Assembly (NCBI GenBank): GCA_008690995.1
Contig: VRMN01000001.1
Location: forward strand, 2,790,001 to 2,854,000
Source: Porphyridium purpureum
Taxonomy: Eukaryota
DNA: 64,000 nt
Direction: 5' to 3'
Part shown: positions 19,998-31,013 of the stretch, piece by piece
Layout: each line of letters starts with the position of its first letter
Numbering within the stretch: position 1 is the first letter of the stretch
The notes under the pieces: model-generated
The model's database searches: none
Seen by the model: only the letters and a program-made list of their open reading frames with translations
Told to the model about the DNA's origin: nothing
Made by a program: the position numbers and the translations under genes

Positions 19998-22900
19998 AAA
20001 CAAAGTCGTTCTGCACTAGAACCCAAGGAACATTCGAAAAGCTTGGGCGATTCACAATCTGGGTACAGATGGACACAGTGTGCGTGTTCACGACGAATTT
20101 TGATCGTCGCTGACTCAAACGACCCTTGAACATGTGGAATCACCACATCACGCGCGGCGTTCCTCGTTTGACATGGAGGTGTTCATTGAATCAGTGCTTA
20201 GACCTTTTGGGGCAGGCAGCGTCGGTGGCATGCCAATATCAGGAGTCGCTGCATCTTTCGGGAGCCTGATGGCACTGCCGGCATGGAACCTCGGAATCGT
20301 GGGCATGCTCGCCGCGGCTGCTTCGACGAAGCAATTCAGATTCTCCTGCATGACTCTTCTATCATGCATGTCGTCATCGTTCAACGCCTATTCAAGAGAC
20401 GCGACTGTGCTGTCGACAGTGGCCATTGCGGTTTTTATTGGTTCATCCTGGCGCTCGGCTTTTTCTGCCGCACCTGACGGTCTGTGAACTATGGCGTTGT
20501 CCCAAGTCGCTCGTCTCCCCTCGAACGAAAGATGTTTCCAAGGATCAGCTTTTCGAACCCGCCCTTCCGCGCCACCTGTTGGTCATTTTTCCGTCGGCTG
20601 AAGAAGCAAGCCATGCAGGACTTTTGTCAACTAGGAGTGATTGAGACCAATTGGAATCTTTGCCTGCGGTGAGTGCGTCGTCTATTTCGGAGACCCGTTG
20701 AGGACTGACGTTCGTACAATGTATCTGCAGGTCGTGACGCGGTCACAAAAACTGAGCCGGAGTCAGAACATCCTTCGATAGACGCATTCCACGGTGACTC
20801 GTTGCATATCTCATCTGCGATGAGGTGTAGCGAGATAGCGCGCGAGGTGGTGCAGGGGAAAGCATGCCTCAGGACGCTGAGACCCTTCCACAGCAAGGAA
20901 GGAAAGGATCCTTTTGCGTCGTGCTCGCTTCATGGCTGCTTTTTGACTTGATTTTGTATGGGCAAGCCGATAGTTGGCGTTGTGAACCACGAGGTTCCAT
21001 GACAATGTGAGGAACGCCATACTAGCCACGCTGAGGCCGCACACTTCAACTCCATCTACTGGCTCAAAGGAACAAATTTCGACACCAAGAATACGTTTTG
21101 TATTCTCTACCATTTTCTTTATGCTAATCGATCAACGCAAGCACGCCGTCAAAGACGAACGTTTCCTCGTGTGTCCAGCCTGCAAACGAAAACCTGGGCA
21201 CGACTCGCTGGGCAAGCATAGGTAGAGCCGTCTGGTTTGCTGGCCACGCACCGACTGGCTGGTCGTGACCCGTACGTGCGAAGCAAAAAGTTGCTATTGT
21301 TCGCTGTGCCACGTGGACGGAGCTTGGGATCTCATGTAATACTTGGGCGCATTTCTGTGTATGTGATAGCTTTTTTGTCGAAGCCATGTTTACTGAGGTG
21401 CTGTGCAGACCTGGAGCTCGTTCATATGCAGATTACCTATGCGATTTGTTTGAGAGATGCGCTTTGTTGCTGAGACTTGTCGTGCGTTGTGATACCAGCT
21501 TCGTCTGTATTCTGGATCGATGAACATCTACCTTCCGCTCCTGCAATATAGCGGCAAGGCATCAAATGATACGTGCCTGCATCTGCCGGTGCAGAGCCAA
21601 CGCACGGGCGTGGTTCCTGCTCAATCTGAAACCAGGCAGGGTGTCTAGAACCGCTCTTGTTATGCCACGTGCCAATGTGCTGGTCGCACTTCATGCCGGC
21701 GAGCTAAAGGCATCTCAATCTTTAGACTCGTCCTCGGCGATTGGGGTTCAGAGTAATCACCCCGGCGAGTCATTCATCTGCACCACGAAAGCTTGCCAAT
21801 GCGTGTACTTTTAGTGGTAGACGATTCAGTTTAAGTTACAATGACGAGAAGTGCTACACCTCGCATCAATACTGGATCGGTTCTTTCGCTTTCCATTCAC
21901 GCCTCGCGCGAGCGCGTCAGCTTGATCACGCTCAGCTGCGGTCTGTTGCCTTCCACTCGGACTCGGTGCGTGGTCATGACAGCCGCTCCGTCTGCGGCCG
22001 TGCTTGCTAGGGTCGTAAGTTCGCGACCGACCCACTCTCTCACATCTGACACCGTCTGTTTGCTCCATGTTCGGCCTTGGCGCCTCGCGTGTCACCTCTT
22101 CGCCCTCGTAGTCAACAGCGGTTACTCCGGACATTGACGCTCACGTTCACCTTACTTCACAATCCCCTCACGGCAAGTACCCTTCCCAACCTAGATGTCG
22201 GGCAGCCGTATTTATACCCCGACATGATGTCTTTAGGTAACTATTGGCGGGTGCGATTCTCACTTGGGCATGTCGAATCTTTGAACGTGTGTAAATCCCA
22301 TGTTGGTCGCTATCTGCTGCTCGTACTCCGCGCCGAGCCGCAATGAGATTCTACCCGTTCGTGCGCGTGCTCGGTGCAAAGCCTGCTGCCGTGGTGGGAA
22401 CGTGTCGATCGTTCAACCTCGTTTCGAGACGCTTTGCGGTGAGCATGCGCGTGAAGCTTGATCCTGGCGTTGGTATCGAGCAACAAACCCACGCGGCTCG
22501 TGAGCTGTATCCTCGACGGATCGCGGTCCGAGCAGGACGTAATCACACCAGGTACAGTAGAAGAGTACAGTCGCAAGTGTAATGGCAAGTGATGGCGCTG
22601 CCGCGAACGGGCTGCTCGGTCCACACACGGTGGGAGCAGGGCCTGACGTCCGTTGCTCACAATCTCTCGAGCGGCAAAGGCTGATGATGTGAGACGAAAG
22701 GGCGCAACACAGTGTCAAGCAGCCATTCCATTTTTAGAAGCATAGAACGCGGGCAGCCGCTTGTTTCTGAATTCTAGTCGCCCGGTTTGTGGACGCGGTG
22801 GCATGAAGCTAGTGAGCAAAACGAATTCAGCTATGGCAGGGTTGACATTCTTGTGCGCTCCTGTGCATCTGCTCCACTTCGCGATCGCGCGATCGCGGTT

Positions 22901-23148
22901 ATGTCCTGGAAATGCTCCACGTCGACCCGCGTGAACACACTTTGGAGCTACGGTTGCCCTTCTTTAGCGTCGGACGACTGCCGGTCCCGGCAAGTTGCGT
23001 GTCGAGACTTTCGTACGCGACCTTTGCCCCAGAAAGCCAAGTCGTCTATCCCACGAGTCCCTTTACATTCGCGTACGCGTGCTCGCTTCGACAGAACGAT
23101 CGTCAGAGATTCTAGAGGCATCTTGGCGGGTCCATCACCGAGTCTGCC

Positions 23149-24126
23149 TCATGCGCCACTCGAGCTTTTCCTTTTCGCCTCTCCTTTCTTCGAACGATCG
23201 GAAGTGTATGCCTCGCCCCAATCAGTCGAAAGCCACACCATGGTATTGTACAGCGAAGTATCAAGAGCCTCACGAATAGAGCACGCAAATTGGCCTGTAC
23301 TTGGGTTGGTCCGTACGATCATGACGCGAACCTGCTGCCCCACGCGAACAAATTTGTGAATATCATGAACAAATTTGAGCGATATTTCGGAAATGTGCAC
23401 CAACCCGTTCCGCCCGCAACCTATATTTACAAAACAGCCGTACGGTACCACCTGCGTGACCGTTGCCGCATGTATTTCGCCCACTCGAACCGGCGGAAAG
23501 AGATCGTCTGTGGAAGCCTGAGGACCCGACTCGAGGGACTCCTGACGCCACTGAGTGTTTCCGCCTTCTTCGAACTCATAATCCTGATTTCTCGACATTG
23601 TACGGGTATCATGCTCCTCTCCAAGGCTCGCTGGAGGGATCGGGCGCTCTAACTTTAGTTCCCCAGGGTCGACATCGCTTCGAGCACGGGCTCGAGCAGT
23701 CGCTTCCTCTACATCCTGTTCGCGTAGTAACGTGACACGAATTCTCTCCGCGTCACTCAAGGCCGCGGCGGCATTGAGTGACTGTCGTGTCTGTTGCCCC
23801 ACACGGGGAGGCGGAGCGCCGTGCTGCTGCAATGTCGGCGCCTCTATGGCGTCCGCATCGGCAAACACATCAAGTAGCTCGGTTCTATCTTCATGCGCAC
23901 TGCAGCGCGAATACAAGCTCCGACAGCTGTACACATAATTGGGACCCGGGGCTGCTCCGAACCTTGCTCTTGAGCGCGATGAGAGTCTCCGCAGCGCCGC
24001 CGCAAAGCCGCCCGCGCGAGCGTTCCGGCCGCCCTGCCGGTTTTCTGTGCAGGCCAATTCGGCACCGACCCACGGGCACGCCGCGCGAGCCAGCCCGTTA
24101 GACGCGCACAATGTGTTCACGAACAT
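23149..24126 (-). CDS. S1 RNA-binding domain protein, probably plastid-targeted
   Basis: S1 motif VGEIHAATVTQVVPYGCFVNIG..NGLVHISEIS..FV.DI.KFVRVGQQVRV. N-terminus MFV- is A/R/S-rich. Confidence 0.85.
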   Translation of the reverse strand: MFVNTLCASNGLARAACPWVGAELACTENRQGGRNARAGGFAAALRRLSSRSRARFGAAPGPNYVYSCRSLYSRCSAHEDRTELLDVFADADAIEAPTLQQHGAPPPRVGQQTRQSLNAAAALSDAERIRVTLLREQDVEEATARARARSDVDPGELKLERPIPPASLGEEHDTRTMSRNQDYEFEEGGNTQWRQESLESGPQASTDDLFPPVRVGEIHAATVTQVVPYGCFVNIGCGRNGLVHISEISLKFVHDIHKFVRVGQQVRVMIVRTNPSTGQFACSIREALDTSLYNTMVWLSTDWGEAYTSDRSKKGEAKRKSSSGA

Positions 24127-24851
24127 GGCTGCCACTGCGCCACGCCGCACCAAGCACACACACCCACCCGCCGGAACGCCGCGTGCCACCCGGTTCTCTT
24201 TCCCCTTTCACCGCGCGCAATAAGCTACGAGTCCCGAGCCTCCGTCTATCGATCAAGTAGCTTCCCCCAGTTCGGAGTGTACTCGGATCTCCGTTCGCGC
24301 ATCCCGTTCGCTGTACACACAGTACCCTCGCTGTACCTAGCTGAACCCAACGCGTCACGGCCCACAGTACCTCCTCTCTGTGTGTGCGCGTCCAGGAAGA
24401 TGCCCCATCCAGAAACCAAAAGACCGGGAAGCCAACCGAATAAAATAAGACACGCCGACGCGCCTTTCGCAGACACCCAAATTGATTGATTGATGGGTGG
24501 CCACAGCAAGAGATGATGATTTTCAGGGCATGTTTGAATAGAGAGCGCTGACGGTGTTCCGCTGTGGTTCTATTTTGGATGTGTGCGCGTGGACAACTGA
24601 CCGTCTTGTGTGTGTTGTTGATATGGATAATCTGCGCGTGTGTGTTTAATATGCGGCGTCGGCACGTGTGTTTTTGGTCGATTGGCGATTGAGCGCGGGA
24701 CAGTGGAAAGGGCTTGTGAGTGGAGGAGGATAACAGGAGGCGTGGTGGGTGTGACTGGGGAAAGAGGGAAGAGAGAGGAGAGAGGAGAAAGCAGACGTGG
24801 TGCGTGTGGGTAGAGTTGGTGAGCGGGAAGGGGAAGAGAGGAAAGGACAGG

Positions 24852-25913
24852 ATGGCGGGGGAGAGCAAGGTGAAGGTGTTGGTGACCGGCGGCGGCGGGT
24901 TTATCGCGTCGCATCTGGCAAAGCGGCTGAAGGAGAGCGGCGATTACGCCGCCGTGGTCGTCGCCGACTGGAAGGAGAACGAGTACTTCAAGACTGAGGA
25001 GTTCTGCGATGAGTTCATGCTCCTGGATCTGCGCGATCTCGACAACTGCATCAAGGCCGTCAAGGGCTGCGCGCACGTGTACAACTTGGCCGCAGATATG
25101 GGCGGCATGGGCTTCATCCAGTCGAACCACTCGGTGATCATGTACAACAACACCATGATCTCGTTCAACATGCTCGAGGCCGCCAGGCGCGAGAACGTCA
25201 AGCGCTTCTACTACGCATCCTCCGCGTGCATCTACCCAGAGGGCGCCCAGCTCGACCCAAACAACCCAGGTCTCAAGGAGTCGGACGCCTGGCCGGCACA
25301 GCCCCAGGACGCTTATGGCCTGGAGAAGCTTGCATCGGAGGAGCTCGCGAAGCACTATGGCGTCGACTTCAGCATGGAAGTGCGCATTGGTCGCTTCCAC
25401 AACATCTACGGTCCTCAGGGCACGTGGAAGGGTGGCCGCGAAAAGGCACCAGCCGCGTTCTGCCGCAAGGCGATTGTGGCTGAAAAGGAGTTTGAAATGT
25501 GGGGAGATGGTAAGCAGACGCGCTCTTTCTGCTACGTGGACGACGCTGTCGAAGGCGTCATCCGTCTCATGTTCTCGGACTTCAAGGAGCCGCTCAACAT
25601 TGGCTCGGACGAGATGGTGTCGATGAACGAGATGGCCGAGATGGTCATGGGCTTTGGTAATAAGGAGCTGATGATCAAGCACATTCCGGGACCGGAGGGT
25701 GTGCGCGGCCGCAACAGTGACAACACGCTGTGCAAGAAGGTGCTCGGGTGGGCGCCCGAGATCACGCTGAAGGACGGCCTCGAGAGGACGTACCGATGGA
25801 TTGAGTCCCAGATCGAGGAGGAGAAGACTGCGGGTATTGTCGGCGAGTACTCCTCTAGCAAGGTGGTCGGCACTCACGCACCAACGGAGTCAAAGGCCAG
25901 CTCGCGCAAGTGA
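24852..25913 (+). CDS. GME: GDP-mannose 3,5-epimerase
   Basis: VTGGGGFIASH, YNLAADMGGMGFIQSNHSVIMYNN, YASSACIYPE, PAQPQDAYGLEK, GGREKAPAAFCRK and PGPEGVRGRNSDN. Strong C/G third-position codon bias. Confidence 0.98.
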   Translation: MAGESKVKVLVTGGGGFIASHLAKRLKESGDYAAVVVADWKENEYFKTEEFCDEFMLLDLRDLDNCIKAVKGCAHVYNLAADMGGMGFIQSNHSVIMYNNTMISFNMLEAARRENVKRFYYASSACIYPEGAQLDPNNPGLKESDAWPAQPQDAYGLEKLASEELAKHYGVDFSMEVRIGRFHNIYGPQGTWKGGREKAPAAFCRKAIVAEKEFEMWGDGKQTRSFCYVDDAVEGVIRLMFSDFKEPLNIGSDEMVSMNEMAEMVMGFGNKELMIKHIPGPEGVRGRNSDNTLCKKVLGWAPEITLKDGLERTYRWIESQIEEEKTAGIVGEYSSSKVVGTHAPTESKASSRK

Positions 25914-26183
25914 GCACGCCCTTGAAACGAAGTGACGCGTCGTCACACTGGGTACGCGCTCTTGCCTTGAAGACCTGCGAGCGAGTCCTCAGAGATAAGT
26001 GCGATGAATATAACGCGATTCGCAGGGCGTGACGTTGTCATCAGGGCGGTACAAGCGAGGACTGAAAGTGGGTTGTGATTGTGGGACCAGTGTGCCAAGG
26101 GGAGGGTGACCATTGATGCGAAGCATCATTTGCCTGCTTTTGTATTCTACCGATCGCGCTTTGTAGACGTCGTTTCTCTTAAC

Positions 26184-26212
26184 TTTTTTTTCTTTCTTTT
26201 TTTTTTTTTTTT
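26184..26212. repeat. Interrupted poly-T tract downstream of GME
   Basis: Near-continuous T run, read directly. Confidence 0.8.
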
Positions 26213-26633
26213 CCCGGGACGTGATGTGACTTCTGTGAGAGCGGATATAGTGAGCGTTTTACTCGTGGTAGTAGCCTTGGATCGCGTCAAGTGATCCGAC
26301 AGTTTTAAAAAAGAAAGGGAAACAGTATAAAAGCTTTGAAGGGGGCATGGAGTCTTCTGTGGGAAAGAAAAGGAAAAACCTGCTCAGCCCGCCGCATCCT
26401 GGAAGCGCTTCCAATCCGCTTGTAGTGGGCAGGCTCCGTCTCGTAACGCAAGATGCTGTCGCCGACGAGGACTAGCCTCAAAGTCCGTCGTTGTTTGGCA
26501 CATCCAGCAAAACAGGATCGTAGATCCTTGCATAAGTTCAAGGTCGAAGCGAATATTTTCAGCGGTCCTGCACATGATATTAACATAAAAATTTACAAGC
26601 TTTCAGACGTGCTCGTCAGCGTCAACTACGGAG

Positions 26634-28850
26634 CTAAAAGGGCCGAGTGGCGCCGTGTGGCTTGTCGACTGGATATGGCCCAATGCCATTCGATGGCGGC
26701 ATACCCGTGGGCACGCTCATATCCCCAAAGCCCATTTGCCTGCCACTCACAACGGAGGGCATCCTTTCAGGACCCTGCGGATCACTTGGCCGTGGCGGCG
26801 GCCAAGCCAAATATGGGGCTCGTCCAAAGTCGTGCGGCATCGGACTCTGCATCTCAACACCAAAGCCAGCTGGCGTAGGTCCACGATGCTGCGTAAATTC
26901 GCCATACTCGCGACCGCCGGGGGGCATCCCTGGTATACCCATCGGATACGGCATCTGCATTACGTGTGGAGGCTGTCCGGGCATTGGCTTGTCTCCCGGA
27001 AAAGACCCTCCCGCGCCAGACGGTAATGGCGGTGGACCTACGTACCAACCGTTTCCCATACCATGCGGCGGGCCCGGTGGTGGACCTGGTGGCTGCCCCA
27101 TATGTGCCTGGCCCGCAACATGCTCAAGGCTTCCTCCCCCAGTGCCTTGAAACATACCAAAAAAGGCTTCGGCAGAAAATCGCTGTGGTTGCACGACACC
27201 CATTTCAACCGCTGGAGCAACTGCTGGAGAAACATCTCCGGCGCTTGTTGCTGCTGACTGCTGAGGATACTGGTGGAGCGCTGCGCGCGGATACACATGG
27301 GCGGGTTGCTGCTGATGCTGATCGTGATAATGATGATATTGCTGTTGTTGCTCAGTATTTGGAATACTTGGCACCTTGCGCATCATATCATGCACTGAAA
27401 CCGCCAGATCGAACTCGACATTCGCGTCACCGTTACTAATATTCTTTGGCTTTGGAGCACTTCCTTCTGAACGACCTTGTTCGTCTGTCCCTGAAATCTC
27501 GACGTGGGTCTTTTTCGCCGGAGTAGCCAATACCGGCGGTCCTTTGGGCTCCTGTGCTGCCGCCTGTGCCTTCACTTGATTGAAAAAGCTCAGAACATTT
27601 GGTGCTAACCCTTCGCTGGCCAGTGACGTGCTGCCCAGCGGCGCTGTTGGCGCTGGTGCGATGCCACTTGCTTCGCCACCCACCTTCGCGCTCTCTTCTG
27701 CGGGAGCAGGATTCGTGAACCACCTTCCAAAGCCTCGCGAAGTCACTCGATCCACGTCTTCCCCAATCGAGATGTCAGAGGTCGACTGTCCTCCCGCAGC
27801 CATCCCCAAAAAGATCGACATGTCAAGCGCAGGCTCCGTATGCGGGGGCAGCAAGCTCTCGACAGCAGGATGCATGCTGGCATGTATACCTGCCAAATTT
27901 CCGCAATCCGCAGCGGCGCGTCCAACTTTGCGGACATAAGGGATCGGATCCCGGCGCTTCCGTGTCTCAAAGCCTCCTTTCGAGCACGGACCGCGCGCAA
28001 ACCGCACAAACTCGTTACTCTTGAGCATGGTGTCGGGAGAAGGCGACCGCATCACGCGAGGCGGCTTTGGCGAAGCAGAGGGGCCGCGCATTGCTTCGGC
28101 GCGAGCATTAATGGGCCGTGCCGCTTCCACGCCATTAGAGCCTTTCCCACTTGCCATTTGAGTCACTTTGGCCTCAAACCCGGGACGCACAAACTCCCGC
28201 GCTGGATCACGCCGATTCAGCGGCTTCTTACCCCAAGCCGAGTCCGGCTCTAGCGAGTCGTCGAGCCCTCCAATACCTTCCTCGTATAGTCCTCCCGTAT
28301 TGCCTTCCAAGGCACCATCCAAAAGCGGATGCGAACGAAGCCACGAGTCGTCCAGGGGAACTAATTCAGGGACGCCCCTGATCTCTGCCTCAATCCCACC
28401 GCTGCCGCCATCTCGGCCGGCGTACCCGCTTCCCATCCTCGGAGATGTTTCGAACCTGCCAGATTCGTGCTCAGGTATGGAATCGTCCCCCACGCCTGCA
28501 AGGCGTTGTGACCAATTAAAGCGTGCTTGCGGGTCATAGGCACCGGAATTCACCACGTCGTGCAGTGTATCCGGCGCCGTGGGCACCAGATGTTGAATCT
28601 GGAGAATGTAGTCAAATGCGTACCGGCGCCGGGGTTTGCCCTGACTCGAGTATAACACTGACGTCGCGTAATTTGCGCCTGATCCTTCAAGCGCCGATGC
28701 GTCTACGGTGGAGAAGCCTGGCGGCGCGGCGCGAAAGTAGGGCATCTGGCCTACCTGCACTGCGTGGATGGGCGGAAGATTGCCATTATCAGCGCCACCG
28801 CCTACATTCTGGCTGTTTCCCCCTCTCAGAGCTGCGAGCAATTCTTCCAT
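26634..28850 (-). CDS. Long disordered Pro/Gly/Gln-rich protein; candidate eIF4E-binding protein (4E-T-like)
   Basis: Long open frame. N-terminal RRRYAFDYIL resembles YxxxxLphi; internal SRGFGRWFTNP motif; P/G/Q-rich C-terminus. The function is inferred. Confidence 0.75.
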   Translation of the reverse strand: MEELLAALRGGNSQNVGGGADNGNLPPIHAVQVGQMPYFRAAPPGFSTVDASALEGSGANYATSVLYSSQGKPRRRYAFDYILQIQHLVPTAPDTLHDVVNSGAYDPQARFNWSQRLAGVGDDSIPEHESGRFETSPRMGSGYAGRDGGSGGIEAEIRGVPELVPLDDSWLRSHPLLDGALEGNTGGLYEEGIGGLDDSLEPDSAWGKKPLNRRDPAREFVRPGFEAKVTQMASGKGSNGVEAARPINARAEAMRGPSASPKPPRVMRSPSPDTMLKSNEFVRFARGPCSKGGFETRKRRDPIPYVRKVGRAAADCGNLAGIHASMHPAVESLLPPHTEPALDMSIFLGMAAGGQSTSDISIGEDVDRVTSRGFGRWFTNPAPAEESAKVGGEASGIAPAPTAPLGSTSLASEGLAPNVLSFFNQVKAQAAAQEPKGPPVLATPAKKTHVEISGTDEQGRSEGSAPKPKNISNGDANVEFDLAVSVHDMMRKVPSIPNTEQQQQYHHYHDQHQQQPAHVYPRAALHQYPQQSAATSAGDVSPAVAPAVEMGVVQPQRFSAEAFFGMFQGTGGGSLEHVAGQAHMGQPPGPPPGPPHGMGNGWYVGPPPLPSGAGGSFPGDKPMPGQPPHVMQMPYPMGIPGMPPGGREYGEFTQHRGPTPAGFGVEMQSPMPHDFGRAPYLAWPPPRPSDPQGPERMPSVVSGRQMGFGDMSVPTGMPPSNGIGPYPVDKPHGATRPF

Positions 28851-31013
28851 TGAAAAGCTAAACCACAACGCACTTCTCGACCTTCTCTGATGTGCAGCAG
28901 GACCCCTTCCTGAAAGTCATCGAACTCGTCCAGACTTGTACCGCACCACCGAGCTCAATCGCCTCAAGTTTTCGAGATCGTACACGAAGCCGAAACCCGT
29001 CCTGTCACGCCACTCCGCGCGCGCGCACGTTTTCCCTCGCCTTTCTCGCTCTCGCCACGTCCACCACGCACGCGAGGAAACCTCAAATTAGTGATCCCCT
29101 CTTGACGAGTGCTGTCGAGAACTCCACCCTTCGCTACCCAACCCGCGATATTGTTCCGCTCCCCGCGCACACCAAGTATCCCTCCCGATCGCGTCACACG
29201 CGCCCGTTCGTCGTCCGCTCGCAAGGCCCCTCAACTTGCGGTTCACCGTGCACAGTGCACCACCACGCACGATTGATCCGAGTAGGCCACAGCACAGAGC
29301 ACGCTTTCCAGGCACGCCAAACACGTTTCCCCCTGTAGCGCGCGCGTGCGCGCGCAATCTCGCTTTCTACCCGCCGCGCCGCTTCCCTTTCCACCGCCGT
29401 GCGCCACCCTCTGTCCCAATCCCTCTGCCCTCATCAACGCCGCCACCATCTACTCGCACGCGCCGTCCATCTCCTCCAGCCTCCATCTGGTACACCACCG
29501 CTCCGACACAGGAACGCATCGTCGAAAACAGACCATAACAAAAAGCACGCCGAACCGAACAGAGAAAAGAGACGGGAGAAGGAACAGATACAAAACACGA
29601 CGACCAGCGCATACTTCCCAAACAAACTAGCAGAACGCGCCAATTTGCTACGAAACTTGGATGTTGGGAATATCAAGGTACAGTATGTACAGTGATTGGC
29701 ACGGCGCGCTTGGCGTGAGCGGTGAGAGGAGGGAGCTGCAATGGCTTGTTGTGCGATGTGTGTGGTGGCATGGTCGGCTGGTTCGCTGTGTGGGACATGG
29801 CAGCAAGGACTGGAGCACGGTTCTTCGTGGATGAGGAGCAGTCTGGTGCATCACTATTCAGCTGCTGAAGGATACGTTCCAGCCGGGAAGCGCGATGCAC
29901 ACTGCTGCGTTCGGAGCTGTGCGCGCATGCACGGAAGCATGAAAGCACAGAAGCACGGAAGCACCGACTAGATGCCGAGTGTGGTTCCAAAAGATACGGT
30001 TGAAGAGACCTCGAACGGTGCCAAATCAATGCTCGCGTGCAATGGGTCACGCATGGCAGAAAAAGACCATCAGTGCTTCCTTGATGACCTTCGTTGCACT
30101 GAGAACGAACGCTCGTTCTGGGAAGGCTCTTCTCTAGCAACTGGATGGCGGTCCCGAGCGCACGCGGACGCCATCGCGCACGGCATGGCGGCTGACGACA
30201 CGCTCAGCACCGCTCGCAACATGCTCGTCGCGCAAGTGTACAGTGTACACTGTACACACGCCTGACCCTAACTCCGACCGCTGCCGTGCGGAATCAAGCG
30301 CAAAGTCCACGCAAGCAGAATGGCGCACAGGACGCAAAGGGCGAGGCCACACTTCCCTTCTTCTGACGCGGCTCATTTCGCCGCAGCGCACGCACCGAGT
30401 GCCGTGTCGGATACGTCGCACGTTGTCGCTGTTCAGCCGGCGCCACGACGCCAAGTCGCCCAAGCGGCAACTGCGCGTGTGCCTCTCCTGTCCATCGCCC
30501 ACCTTGCCGTTTGCTCCGGCCCTTGCGCTCCTCGTCTAGTTCCTCGGTTCGCAGTCCGAAGGCGTGATATTTCGACAATATGGGATTGTGTGCGGATGAC
30601 TGGGTGTGTTTATGCGCCCGGAGCTACCCAAAGGGGTACATGGCCAAATACGATGGGTCAATGTTTTGTGCTGGCACCTTGGACACACACAAACACACAC
30701 ACACTGATGCCCATCATATAGGAATACCACACAGAAACCACACGTGTGGAAGGGTGATGGATAGGTAAAGAGCGATCAAGGCGGAAAAGCGGGGAAACAG
30801 GGAAAAAGACAGGTCGGGGGTATGGTTCTGTGGCATCTGCTGAGTGGTGTGAGAACCAGTGGTGTGAGAACGCGTGGCGTGTCCACCTGGTAGTCGCCGT
30901 GTCGTTGGGTGAGTGCGGCGGCAAAGCGAGGGCGACACGCGGCCGCGCCGCAAGGAGTGGATGCGGCCTCGTGTGAGGGAGAGGGCAGAGGGGGGGACGG
31001 CGTGGGGGTAGAC

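Noticed and set aside
24570..25877. 435-aa antisense ORF overlapping GME
   Set aside because: Shadow ORF expected from the strong C/G third-position bias of the GME gene; no motif of its own.
29928..30871. Short direct repeats (gcacggaagca-like units at 29928-29965; agtggtgtgagaac x2 at 30843-30871)
   Set aside because: Only two to four short units with no spacers; not CRISPR-like and consistent with local slippage.
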